64,000 nt of DNA from Candidatus Uhrbacteria bacterium (GTDB lineage Bacteria; Patescibacteriota; Patescibacteriia; JACQRZ01), in contig JACQSC010000002.1 of the NCBI GenBank assembly GCA_016206155.1, positions 79,473-143,472 on the forward strand, written 5' to 3'. Shown one piece after another: positions 18,950-28,026 of this stretch. Numbering within the stretch: position 1 is the first letter of the stretch; each line of letters opens with the position of its first letter. The notes beneath the pieces were generated by a model that was not told the origin of the DNA, did not search any database, and worked only from the letters and a program-made list of their open reading frames with translations. The translations under genes and the position numbers were made by a program.

Positions 18950-20326
18950 ATGAAAATTTTAAAATTCGGCGGAACGTCGGTCGGGACACCCGAATCGATA
19001 CGAAAAGTTATTGAGATCGTCCGTGCTGCTGCGGCCGATGAATCGTGCGTTGTGGTGGTGTCTGCATTTACCAAGGTAACCGATAAATTGATTGATGTGT
19101 GTGAAGCCTCCGCGCTTGGAGGAGATTATCAGGCTTCGCTGCAGGAACTTGAGCGTCGCCATGTTGAAGCGGTTAGCGAGCTGATTTCGTTTGCCGATCA
19201 ATCATCGCTTGTCGCAGAGGTAAAGGCGTCATGTAATGAACTTGCTGATATTCTTCGCGGACTTTCGCTGCTTGGCGAACTCACACCGCGCGCGAGAGAT
19301 TTGGTTATGAGTTTTGGCGAGCGGCTTTCGGCGACGGTTATAGCGGCGGCACTCAAGGGAGGTGGTCTTCCCGCTACTCTACTCGATGCGCGAGAATGCA
19401 TCAAAACCGATTCGCAGTACGGGCACGCGCAGGTTCTCTTTGCTGAAACTGTGTCGCTCGTGCGTAGGTATTTCCATGAAAGGCGCTCCGTGACCGTTGT
19501 CACCGGATTTATTGCCTCTACCATTGATGGACACACGACAACACTCGGCCGTGGAGGCTCTGACTATACCGCATCAATCCTTGGCGCGGCGCTCGACGCA
19601 TCGGCTATTGAAATTTGGACCGATGTTGATGGTGTCATGACCGCAGACCCTCGTATCGTACCGCAGGCACGACGCATCAGAAAGACAACCTATGAAGAAA
19701 CAATGGAGCTCTCATATTTTGGGGCAAAGGTGATCTATTATCCAACGATCATACCGGCGCGCGAACATCATATCCCGCTGGTGATCAAGAACACGTTTAA
19801 TCCGGACGCTCTTGGAACGAACATCGGTGACGAACCAAGCAGTGATCATTCTCCAGTTACCGCAATTACATCGGTTGCCCCAATCGTGCTTCTCCAAATA
19901 AAAGGCGTGGGGTTGATTGGAACAAAGGGAATGGCGCGCCGCGTGTTTGGCGCGCTTGCAGACGCGACCATCAACGTCATCCTCATCTCTCAGGCATCAA
20001 GCGAATATTCCATCTGCATCGCAATCGCAGCACACGAAAAAGACCACGCGCTGGCAACGCTTGCGAGCGAATTTGAGTTGGAAATTATTCAGAAGCGCAT
20101 TGACCCCATTTGCGCGGAGAATGAATCCGCTATTATTGCGGTTGTCGGGGCTCGAATGCGGGAGACGCCTGGGACTGTCGGGCGCGTGTTCTCTGCGGTG
20201 GGGAGCAGAAAGATCAATGTACGGGCAATTGCTCAAGGGTCATCGGAGTTGAATATCTCGTTCGTTGTATCGGAAAGTGACAAGGAGGAAGCCATCCGTG
20301 CGATTCATGATGAGTTTTTTGTATGA
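18950..20326 (+). CDS. lysC: aspartate kinase
   Basis: MKILKFGGTSVG amino-acid-kinase N-terminus and two C-terminal ACT-like regions. First gene of the threonine operon. Start placed at the ATG at 18950. Confidence 0.9.
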   Translation: MKILKFGGTSVGTPESIRKVIEIVRAAAADESCVVVVSAFTKVTDKLIDVCEASALGGDYQASLQELERRHVEAVSELISFADQSSLVAEVKASCNELADILRGLSLLGELTPRARDLVMSFGERLSATVIAAALKGGGLPATLLDARECIKTDSQYGHAQVLFAETVSLVRRYFHERRSVTVVTGFIASTIDGHTTTLGRGGSDYTASILGAALDASAIEIWTDVDGVMTADPRIVPQARRIRKTTYEETMELSYFGAKVIYYPTIIPAREHHIPLVIKNTFNPDALGTNIGDEPSSDHSPVTAITSVAPIVLLQIKGVGLIGTKGMARRVFGALADATINVILISQASSEYSICIAIAAHEKDHALATLASEFELEIIQKRIDPICAENESAIIAVVGARMRETPGTVGRVFSAVGSRKINVRAIAQGSSELNISFVVSESDKEEAIRAIHDEFFV

Positions 20327-21381
20327 ATGTTTTTCTTGTTGGAACCGGACTCATCGGATCTACACTTCTCACACAGATTCGTGAGAATCAATCACGGTTG
20401 AAGGCGGAGGGAGTCGAGTTAAGCGTGTGCGGGATTGCAAACGCAGAGCGCATGCTTCTTGACGCAAACGGCATTGCGCTCGATCGGTGGCAGGAGCGTC
20501 TTGCGCAGGACGGCATCTCGCTTGATCTCGCCGCATATATCTCAGCAAGCGGATCGTGGAGGATGCCACGCAGTGTTTTTGTTGATTGCACCGCCAGTCA
20601 GGATGTTGCCGATGCATATTGCAGTATTGCGCGTACCGGAGCGGCGATTGTTGCGGCAAACAAAAAGGCGCAGTCCGGTTCGCTCGATGCGTACGAAACA
20701 TTATGGAAGACGCTTCATGAGACAAGAACATCATTTTTGTACGAGACCAATGTGGGCGCGGCGCTGCCGGTGATCAGCGCCCTCAAAGATCTGCTTGTGA
20801 CAGGTGATCGTGTTGAAAAAATTGAGGCGATTCTTTCGGGTACCTTGAGCTATATCTTCAACACATATTCGGATTCTCGCAGTCCATTTTCTGATATCGT
20901 CCGTGAGGCAAAAGAAAAAGGCTACACAGAGCCCGATCCGCGTGACGACCTTTCAGGATTGGATGTTGCACGAAAAGCCGTGATTCTGGCACGAGAGATT
21001 GGGCAGAAGATTTCAGTAGAGGACATCGCACGCGCTCCGCTCCTTTCCGACACGTGCATGAGCGCCGGATCGGTTGATGATTTTTTTTCAGCACTGGAAT
21101 CAATGAACGCGGAATGGGAAGAAAAGAAGCAATCGGCAAAAAGTCGCGGAAGCGTGTTGCGCTACATTGCAACAATTGATCAAAGCGGAGCGCGTATTTC
21201 ACTCGAGGAAGTAAATCAAACACACGCCTTTTATTCTCTGTCGGGAAGTGATAATATCGTTGCATTCACAACAGCTCGTTACTGTGATACTCCGCTTGTG
21301 ATTAAAGGTCCAGGCGCCGGCGCACAGGTGACTGCCGGGGGCGTTTTTGCGGATATTCTTAAAACAGGGTATAGGGTTTAG
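20323..21381 (+). CDS. hom: homoserine dehydrogenase
   Basis: NAD-binding N-terminus (VFLVGTGLIGS) and the HSDH catalytic signature (…EAKEKGYTEPDPRDDLSGLDVARKAVILAREIG). Overlaps the lysC stop. Confidence 0.88.
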   Translation: MNVFLVGTGLIGSTLLTQIRENQSRLKAEGVELSVCGIANAERMLLDANGIALDRWQERLAQDGISLDLAAYISASGSWRMPRSVFVDCTASQDVADAYCSIARTGAAIVAANKKAQSGSLDAYETLWKTLHETRTSFLYETNVGAALPVISALKDLLVTGDRVEKIEAILSGTLSYIFNTYSDSRSPFSDIVREAKEKGYTEPDPRDDLSGLDVARKAVILAREIGQKISVEDIARAPLLSDTCMSAGSVDDFFSALESMNAEWEEKKQSAKSRGSVLRYIATIDQSGARISLEEVNQTHAFYSLSGSDNIVAFTTARYCDTPLVIKGPGAGAQVTAGGVFADILKTGYRV

Positions 21382-21388
21382 GGTTTAG
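21367..21388. repeat. (TTTAGGG)~3 heptamer tract, reverse orientation of the CCCTAAA tracts, spanning the hom stop codon
   Basis: gggtatagggtttagggtttag. The hom TAG stop at 21379-21381 lies inside the tract. Confidence 0.85.
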
Positions 21389-21410
21389 TCATTTCATTTG
21401 GGAACCATTT

Positions 21411-22517
21411 TTGTGTATGGCTAATCGAAAAAAGAAGATTCCCGTTGGTATTCTGGGTGCGACAGGCATGGTTGGACAGCGGTATATTCAACTGCTTGAA
21501 AACCATCCATTGTTTGAGGTTGCGTTTGTTGCGGCATCGCCTCGATCAGCGGGGATTTCGTATGCGGATGCGGTTGCCGGAAGATGGGTCATGGATACGC
21601 CGATTCCTGTTGTGGCCGCATCCCTGACAGTGTATGAGGCGACAGATGTTGTCGCTGCAGCTGATCGATGCCGTTTCGTATTTTCCTGCCTTGAAATGGA
21701 TACCAAAGAGCAGATTCAGGAGTTAGAGAGGGCGTATGCCGCCGCCGGACTGCCGGTTGTGTCCAACGCATCGGCACATCGTTGGACTTCCAATGTCCCG
21801 ATGCTTATTCCCGAAGTCAACGCTGAGCATCTTTCGATTATTCCAGCTCAGCAAAAGCACTATGGGTGGAAAAGTGGATTCATCGTGACAAAACCTAACT
21901 GTAGTTTGCAGAGTTATGTCACGCCGCTCCATGCACTGATGCGTGCGGGATATTCGATTGATCGCGTTATGGTCACGACACTCCAGGCGATTTCGGGCGC
22001 GGGATATCCTGGTGTCGCGAGTCTTGATATCATTGATAACGTTGTTCCGTTTATCAACGGAGAGGAAGAAAAAACAGAACAGGAACCAATGAAAATTTTT
22101 GGCTCAATAGACGATGGCCACTGCGTTCCTCGCACGGATATTACTATATCAGCGCAATGCACCCGCGTGCCGGTGATTGATGGACATACGGCGTGTGTGA
22201 ATATTGGATTTGCGGGCAAGAAGCCAACGCCGGAAGAAATAAAAGAAATTTGGTCGTCGTTTCGCGCAAAGCCGCAGGAGCTGGACTTGCCATCTGCGCC
22301 GCGCCAACCTATTATCTATCGTGAAGAAGAGAACCACCCACAACCGCGAAAAGACAGGAATAATGAAAAAGGAATGGCGGTGACCGTGGGCCGTCTTCGG
22401 CCATGCCCCGTGTTTGATTATAAATTTATCGCCTTGTCGCACAATACGATTCGTGGCGCTGCCGGCGGGGGAATCCTTAATGCAGAGCTCCTCGTTGCTG
22501 AAAAATTTATTCGTTGA
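21411..22517 (+). CDS. asd: aspartate-semialdehyde dehydrogenase
   Basis: N-terminal GATGMVGQ Rossmann motif. The catalytic region (…NCSLQ…AISGAGYPG) matches ASADH. Confidence 0.9.
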   Translation: MCMANRKKKIPVGILGATGMVGQRYIQLLENHPLFEVAFVAASPRSAGISYADAVAGRWVMDTPIPVVAASLTVYEATDVVAAADRCRFVFSCLEMDTKEQIQELERAYAAAGLPVVSNASAHRWTSNVPMLIPEVNAEHLSIIPAQQKHYGWKSGFIVTKPNCSLQSYVTPLHALMRAGYSIDRVMVTTLQAISGAGYPGVASLDIIDNVVPFINGEEEKTEQEPMKIFGSIDDGHCVPRTDITISAQCTRVPVIDGHTACVNIGFAGKKPTPEEIKEIWSSFRAKPQELDLPSAPRQPIIYREEENHPQPRKDRNNEKGMAVTVGRLRPCPVFDYKFIALSHNTIRGAAGGGILNAELLVAEKFIR

Positions 22518-22540
22518 CCGTATCGATAGCTTTCTACCAC

Positions 22541-22622
22541 GAAGAATTACGAATTACGAATTAAGCATAAAAAGCAACAGATTTAAGCTCCTTAATTCTT
22601 AATTCTTGATTCGTAATTCTTC
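22541..22622. repeat. imperfect inverted repeat built from GAATTAC/GAATTAA heptamers (hairpin between asd and thrB)
   Basis: gaagaattacgaattacgaattaag …35 nt… cttaattcttaattcttgattcgtaattcttc. The arms are reverse-complementary apart from one heptamer variant. Confidence 0.75.
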
Positions 22623-22646
22623 TATAACTATAGGAAAGAAATTGGT

Positions 22647-23582
22647 ATGCATAAAATAAAAGTGTTTGCCCCGGCAACCGTTGCCAATGTAGGTCCCGGA
22701 TTTGATGTCTTTGGTTTTGCCGTTGAGCAGCCCGGAGATGAGGTTGTTGCGACATTATCAGATACGCGCGGCGTTCGTGTCATTGAGATTACAGGTGACA
22801 ATGGCCTGTTGTCAAAAGATGCGGATAAGAATACCGCTGCCGTTGCAGCGAAAGGACTCCTCGAGCATCTTGGAAGCAATCAAGGCATTGAATTGTCGGT
22901 TCACAAAAAAATGCCGCTTGGAAGCGGTCTGGGATCGAGCGCGGCAAGCGCGGTTGCAGGAGTTGTTGCGGCAAATGAATTGCTTGGCGCGCCATTGTCT
23001 CGGCGGGAGCTTTTACCTTTTACGATGGAAGGCGAGCGTGTCGCGTGCGGCGCCGCGCATGCGGATAATGTTGCGCCGTCACTTCTCGGCGGATTTATTT
23101 TGATTCGCAGTTATGACCCACTTGATGTTATCCGGATTCCCACACCGGAGAATCTTTGGTGCACCGTTGTTCATCCGCACATAGAGGTTCGCACTGAGGA
23201 TGCGCGGCGCATTATGCCAAAGGAAATTTCGATACCAACGGGCATAGCGCAATGGGGCAATACGGCAGGACTTATCGCAGGGCTGTTTGCAAACGATCTC
23301 GAATTGATTGGCCGTTCGTTGGTTGATCATGTCGCCGAGCCGGCACGCTCACAGCTGATTCCCGGGTTTACTGAAGTGAAAAAAACAGCGTTGCGGTTAG
23401 GCGCGCTTGGTTCAAGCATATCGGGGAGCGGTCCGTCAGTTTTTGCGTTGAGTGATTCGCAAGAAAAAGCGAAGCGCATAGGGCAAGCGATGCATGATGC
23501 ATGGACAGATCGCTATTCACTTGACAGCGACGTGTTTGTATCGCAAATCAATAAGGAAGGCCCGCGTATTATTTCACAATGA
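22647..23582 (+). CDS. thrB: homoserine kinase
   Basis: GHMP-kinase motif PLGSGLGSSAASAVAGVVAANELLG. N-terminus VFAPATVANVGPGFD. Confidence 0.9.
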   Translation: MHKIKVFAPATVANVGPGFDVFGFAVEQPGDEVVATLSDTRGVRVIEITGDNGLLSKDADKNTAAVAAKGLLEHLGSNQGIELSVHKKMPLGSGLGSSAASAVAGVVAANELLGAPLSRRELLPFTMEGERVACGAAHADNVAPSLLGGFILIRSYDPLDVIRIPTPENLWCTVVHPHIEVRTEDARRIMPKEISIPTGIAQWGNTAGLIAGLFANDLELIGRSLVDHVAEPARSQLIPGFTEVKKTALRLGALGSSISGSGPSVFALSDSQEKAKRIGQAMHDAWTDRYSLDSDVFVSQINKEGPRIISQ

Positions 23583-24928
23583 ACTATTACAGCACAAACA
23601 AAAAAGCGCCGAGCGTGTCATTGCGCGAGGCGGTATTGAACGGTCTTGCGCAGGACGGGGGATTGTATATGCCTGAGCGGATTTCACAGATGCCGTCAGA
23701 TTTTTTTGTTCGTCTTCCCTCGCTATCATTTCAAGAAATTGCATACGAGGTTGGCCGTGTGCTTTTTGCCGGAGATCTTCCCGACAGTACTCTGGATGAG
23801 ATATGCAGAGAAAGTTTTGATTTTCCTGTTCCGTTAAAGCGTGTCGATGCATCGACACACGCTCTTGAGCTATTCCATGGGCCGACACTGGCATTCAAGG
23901 ATTTTGCCGCACGATTTATGGCTCGGCTCATGGGCTATTACGTGCGTCATGATGATCGGGAGCTGACTATCCTTGTCGCAACATCCGGAGATACGGGAAG
24001 CGCGGCTGCGCACGGTTTTCTTAATGTTCCTGGCATTCGCGTCTTTATTCTCTATCCATCCGGCCGGGTCAGCGATCTTCAGGAGAAGCAGCTGACGACA
24101 ATGGGCGGGAACATCACCGCGCTTGAAGTTCAGGGGAGTTTTGATGATTGTCAGGCGCTGGCAAAGCAGGCATTTGTTGATCCGGATTTAAAAAAGAAAA
24201 TGCGCATGGGATCGGCAAATTCAATTAACATCGCGCGGCTTTTTCCGCAGACGTTTTATTACTGGTGGGCAGTTGAACAAATGGGGAAACGGGGTCAGGC
24301 ACAGATTTTGCATTCGCAAAAACTGAGCCAGACCCCAACTGAGCCAGACCCCATTATCGTCTCTGTCCCGAGTGGCAACGTTGGCAATCTCACGGCCGGG
24401 CTTATTGCAAAACAAATGGGTCTGCCAATTGGCCGCTTTATTGCCGCATGCAATGAAAATAACGTTATTCCGGAGTACCTTAAAACAGGGATCTTCACGC
24501 CGAAGCCTTCTCGTGCTACGATATCCAATGCCATGGATGTAGGCAATCCAAGCAATTTTGTGCGGATGCAGGAGCTCTATGGTCACTCTGCAGATGCGAT
24601 GAGGCATGATCTCTCGGCCCATTCCTTCACCGACGATCAGACACGAGCGGCGATGCGGGATGTGTATAACGATACGGGATATATTCTTGACCCTCATGGC
24701 GCCGTTGGATATTGCGCGCTCAAGGAATATCAGAAACAATATCCGGAAACGTATGGCATTATTCTTGAGACCGCTCATCCGGCAAAATTCAAAGACGTTG
24801 TAGAGGACACTATCGGCTCGCCGGTTGACATACCAAAGCGTCTGGCAGAATATATGATGCGAGAGAAGCAAGCAGTTTTACTACCCGCGCGATTTGGGGC
24901 ATTAAAAGAATTTTTGATTAGCTCATGA
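23579..24928 (+). CDS. thrC: threonine synthase (carries an in-frame palindromic-element insertion)
   Basis: PLP-binding FHGPTLAFKD lysine motif and SGNVGNLTAG. Overlaps the thrB stop. Positions 24291-24355 encode an extra peptide (…GQAQILHSQKLSQTPTEPDP…) from a repeat element. Confidence 0.92.
   Translation: MNYYSTNKKAPSVSLREAVLNGLAQDGGLYMPERISQMPSDFFVRLPSLSFQEIAYEVGRVLFAGDLPDSTLDEICRESFDFPVPLKRVDASTHALELFHGPTLAFKDFAARFMARLMGYYVRHDDRELTILVATSGDTGSAAAHGFLNVPGIRVFILYPSGRVSDLQEKQLTTMGGNITALEVQGSFDDCQALAKQAFVDPDLKKKMRMGSANSINIARLFPQTFYYWWAVEQMGKRGQAQILHSQKLSQTPTEPDPIIVSVPSGNVGNLTAGLIAKQMGLPIGRFIAACNENNVIPEYLKTGIFTPKPSRATISNAMDVGNPSNFVRMQELYGHSADAMRHDLSAHSFTDDQTRAAMRDVYNDTGYILDPHGAVGYCALKEYQKQYPETYGIILETAHPAKFKDVVEDTIGSPVDIPKRLAEYMMREKQAVLLPARFGALKEFLISS
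24291..24355. repeat. palindromic element copy inserted in-frame inside thrC
   Basis: ggggtcaggcacagattttgc-attc-gcaaaaactgagccagacccc forms a 21-bp stem with three A-A mismatches. The right arm is partially duplicated (aactgagccagacccc x2). Near-identical to the reverse complement of 13051..13099. Confidence 0.85.
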
Positions 24929-24959
24929 ACTCCCTCATGAACTCTCTCATGAACTATGA
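24924..24959. repeat. 12-mer tandem repeat (CATGAACTCCCT, CATGAACTCTCT, CATGAACTATGA) linking the thrC stop to the next start codon
   Basis: The thrC TGA (24926-28) lies in unit 1. The ATG of the downstream gene (24956) lies in unit 3. Confidence 0.85.
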
Positions 24960-25138
24960 CATCGAAAAAATGTATTACAGGCGTATCAGTGCGAAAATTA
25001 TCAAAAGTCGCAGGAGGCAAGAGCTATAGCATGACCATTCCGAGTGATATCGTTCGTGCATTTGGATGGAAAGAACACCAGAAGCTTGTTGTCTCCCGCG
25101 TCGGACGACATATTGTCATAAAAGATTGGAGGAAATAA
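24956..25138 (+). CDS. small AbrB/MazE/SpoVT-like DNA-binding protein (antitoxin-like fold)
   Basis: 60 aa. VRKLSKVAGGKSYSMTIPSDIVRAFGWKEHQKLVVSRVGRHIVIKD fits the swapped-hairpin AbrB/MazE pattern. A GGAGG ribosome-binding site for the next gene overlaps its 3' end. Confidence 0.5.
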   Translation: MTSKKCITGVSVRKLSKVAGGKSYSMTIPSDIVRAFGWKEHQKLVVSRVGRHIVIKDWRK

Positions 25139-25140
25139 GT

Positions 25141-25860
25141 ATGCCAAAAAAACAACCAGGACCAGAATCAGCAGGGGACGGACAGGAGTCATTTGAGCAA
25201 GCACCAATGGGCGGTGATATTAAAACCGGGAGGAAAACCGGTGAAACGAAGAATGAGAATCAATATTTTGCGCTCATTCGAGATATGCGCGCGAGGGCGG
25301 ACAGTGTTTCGCTGGACATACATGAGCACGCAGTAACGCGCAGCGTGAAGAGACCTATTAGAATGAAGGATAAGCGATATTACGTTGATGCGATCATTTC
25401 CGCCAGACCGACTATTGATCCAGGCGGAGGACATGATTATGATTCAGCAATTTATGTACATAGCTATGCAGTGCATCGTGAAGTAGTAGATGAGATGCGC
25501 TTCGTAGATCAGATGCGCGATGAAAAATATGTTGCGCGTAATAAGGTGAGTGAACCCATGATGGAATCAGCGAATGATATAGGAGGGTACGTTATACAGA
25601 TTAGCCTTCCCGATCCAGTGTCATTCTTTGTTAATTCTCGAGATCATAATGTAGTGAGAAGGTTGCATCGAGAAATTGTGCGAATGAGCGAGAAGCTTGC
25701 GACACTTGACGCAGAGCGGGTTGCAGATATGTTTTCGGATCGTCATGTAAATGATCTTGCGAGTGACGGAGATCGGCTCATAAGCGAACGTGAATATATG
25801 GTTCTTCCAGACCCGCCCTATGAGAGTCCGCACGAGAAGCGCTATCCTCTCACTGAATAA
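25141..25860 (+). CDS. hypothetical protein (one copy of an unknown ~90-aa module)
   Basis: ATG at 25141 preceded by GGAGGA. It contains YVDAIISARPTIDPGGGHDYDSAIYVHSYAVH…NDIGGYVI, which also appears twice in the next protein. Confidence 0.55.
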   Translation: MPKKQPGPESAGDGQESFEQAPMGGDIKTGRKTGETKNENQYFALIRDMRARADSVSLDIHEHAVTRSVKRPIRMKDKRYYVDAIISARPTIDPGGGHDYDSAIYVHSYAVHREVVDEMRFVDQMRDEKYVARNKVSEPMMESANDIGGYVIQISLPDPVSFFVNSRDHNVVRRLHREIVRMSEKLATLDAERVADMFSDRHVNDLASDGDRLISEREYMVLPDPPYESPHEKRYPLTE

Positions 25861-25869
25861 GAAGTCATT

Positions 25870-27087
25870 ATGAAGAATCACATGAAAGCTGAGTTCGGAC
25901 CGTTTGAACTGCCGCAGCCGCACGATAACGACCGCGATCACAATCCTGAACAGAGCGGCCAGCGCCCACAGCATCCCGAACGTGAGAAGATTGTTATCAC
26001 CGATCCACAACAGTATCAGCATGCACTTGAGAACGTTGCCAAAATCATCTCGGCGAAAGAGTATACAGGCCACCAGCACTCTTTTTTTATTGATATTCAG
26101 GGCGAAGATGATTCTGTAATACCGTCTCGGTATATTGATGCATTTGTAACAGCGCGTCGGGCATATCGTATTCCCGACTATAAAAAGTCAGGCGACTGGA
26201 TTCGAAAGCCAGCCTTTGTCATCCATACGTATGCGGTGAGCGATATGTTTGACGATCGCGGCAGAACGCCGCTTAGAACAGAAAACGATATCGCGGGATA
26301 TTATCTTACCGCAGGAACCGCAGGCAATACCTATGGAATGTTTGTCCGTACGCATAATCGTCAGCTCCTCAAAGGATTGCATGAAACACTTGTTAAGCTG
26401 TGTTCGAAAAAGTCAGAACCAAAAAATCCGCAAACTGCTATTCAAGAACTTTACGAACAATACAATAACACACAGCATAATGAAGCATCTTCTGTCACCG
26501 AATTCATATGGAAAGGCATCATTCCACGTACACCAATACCTGGCATGCCCCTTCTGAGTATCGTTCAGGAATTGCGCGCAAGCGATCGTCCGGAAGATGA
26601 CACACTATCAGAAGAGTCGATTGAACGAAGCAGTTACGATCGAGAGAGACGAAAGCGGATGCGTATCGCGGCGCTTCGCAACCATGACGAGCAGCAGGTT
26701 GAATTGCCGGATTATTGTCCGCGGGGCTATCTATCGCCACGTCGTAGGGGGGATCGCCGTGTTTATATAGATGAAATTATTTCTGGGCGGAGTGATGGTA
26801 TTTATCTTCATACGCGAGGAATTGACCTTGAGCGAAAACCACTCATGAAGCCGACGGATATTACAGCCTACAAAACGACGTTCGGCCTTGAACCATTTGC
26901 GTATGATCTTATCATTTATACCAAAGATCGGGCAGATGCCGTGAAAGTTCACGCAGAAATTATTGAACGCGCGCAGCATATTATTCATGATCCAGCATTT
27001 AGCCCACTGCATATTCTGCGGGCTCTTGCTGAGGAATATAATAGGGGGCGCGATATGCCATTTATTCGCGTACTTACTGCTGAATGA
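25870..27087 (+). CDS. hypothetical protein (two copies of the same unknown module)
   Basis: RYIDAFVTARRAY…AFVIHTYAVS…NDIAGYYL and RVYIDEIISGRSDGIY…TDITAYKT. There is an acidic/basic linker (ERRKRMRIAALRNHDEQQ). No nameable homology. Confidence 0.6.
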   Translation: MKNHMKAEFGPFELPQPHDNDRDHNPEQSGQRPQHPEREKIVITDPQQYQHALENVAKIISAKEYTGHQHSFFIDIQGEDDSVIPSRYIDAFVTARRAYRIPDYKKSGDWIRKPAFVIHTYAVSDMFDDRGRTPLRTENDIAGYYLTAGTAGNTYGMFVRTHNRQLLKGLHETLVKLCSKKSEPKNPQTAIQELYEQYNNTQHNEASSVTEFIWKGIIPRTPIPGMPLLSIVQELRASDRPEDDTLSEESIERSSYDRERRKRMRIAALRNHDEQQVELPDYCPRGYLSPRRRGDRRVYIDEIISGRSDGIYLHTRGIDLERKPLMKPTDITAYKTTFGLEPFAYDLIIYTKDRADAVKVHAEIIERAQHIIHDPAFSPLHILRALAEEYNRGRDMPFIRVLTAE

Positions 27088-27104
27088 TAAGAACATAAGC
27101 GTGC

Positions 27105-28025
27105 ATGGACATCGTATCAATCATTCTTATTGTCGCGGGGTTGTGTTTGTTTGAGACAATCAGCAGCATTGATAATGCCATTATCAATGCGGAGGTACTC
27201 TCAACAATGAAGGAGCGAGCGCGGCGGTGGTTTCTGACGTGGGGCATTTTTTTTGCCGTGTTCCTTGTGCGCGGTTTGTTGCCGCTCGTGATTGTCTGGT
27301 TGACGGTGCCATCACTTGGTCTGTGGGGTGCGTTCACCGCGACGTTTTCAAGCGATCCGGCAGTCATTGCGGCGATCGAGCATTCGGCGCCGATGCTTCT
27401 TATCGGCGGCGGTGTTTTTTTGATACTTATTTTTCTCCACTGGCTCTTTATGGAGGAAAAAAATTATGCCTTTCCCGGAGAACGCTTCATTCATGAAAAC
27501 GGTGTGTGGTTCTTTGCGTCGGCCTCCGTTGTTCTTGCCAGCGTTGTCTGGTTTGCGCTTCAGACAGACCCCTTGATGGCCTTTGCGGCGGTGGTTGGGT
27601 CCACGGCTTTTTTTATTACCAACGGCTTTAAGCAAAACGCCGAGGCGGCCGAAAAAAATCTCATGAAGGCTCATCTTTCCGATATCAGCAAGATTATGTA
27701 TCTTGAGGCGCTTGACGCGACATTCTCGGTTGATGGCGTGTTGGGCGCATTTGCCTTTACTCTTTCCGTTCCGCTCATTCTTTTTGGCAATGGACTTGGC
27801 GCGATTGTCGTCCGACAGATCACGATTGGCAATATCCACAGGATAAAAAAATATGCCTACTTGAAAAACGGAGCGATGTACTCTATTCTTGTGCTCGGGT
27901 GCGTTATGCTTGCCGAAAGTTTTGGCGCCCATATCGAGCCGTGGATGGCGCCCGTACTCACGTTTTTGATCGTTGGATATTTCTTTTTTAAATCAACAAG
28001 GATACAATTAAAGCCATTGGAATAA
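27105..28025 (+). CDS. TerC/DUF475-like integral membrane protein
   Basis: ETISSIDNAIINAEVL is the hallmark SxDNA motif of TerC-family membrane proteins. About eight TM helices. Confidence 0.6.
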   Translation: MDIVSIILIVAGLCLFETISSIDNAIINAEVLSTMKERARRWFLTWGIFFAVFLVRGLLPLVIVWLTVPSLGLWGAFTATFSSDPAVIAAIEHSAPMLLIGGGVFLILIFLHWLFMEEKNYAFPGERFIHENGVWFFASASVVLASVVWFALQTDPLMAFAAVVGSTAFFITNGFKQNAEAAEKNLMKAHLSDISKIMYLEALDATFSVDGVLGAFAFTLSVPLILFGNGLGAIVVRQITIGNIHRIKKYAYLKNGAMYSILVLGCVMLAESFGAHIEPWMAPVLTFLIVGYFFFKSTRIQLKPLE

Positions 28026-28026
28026 T

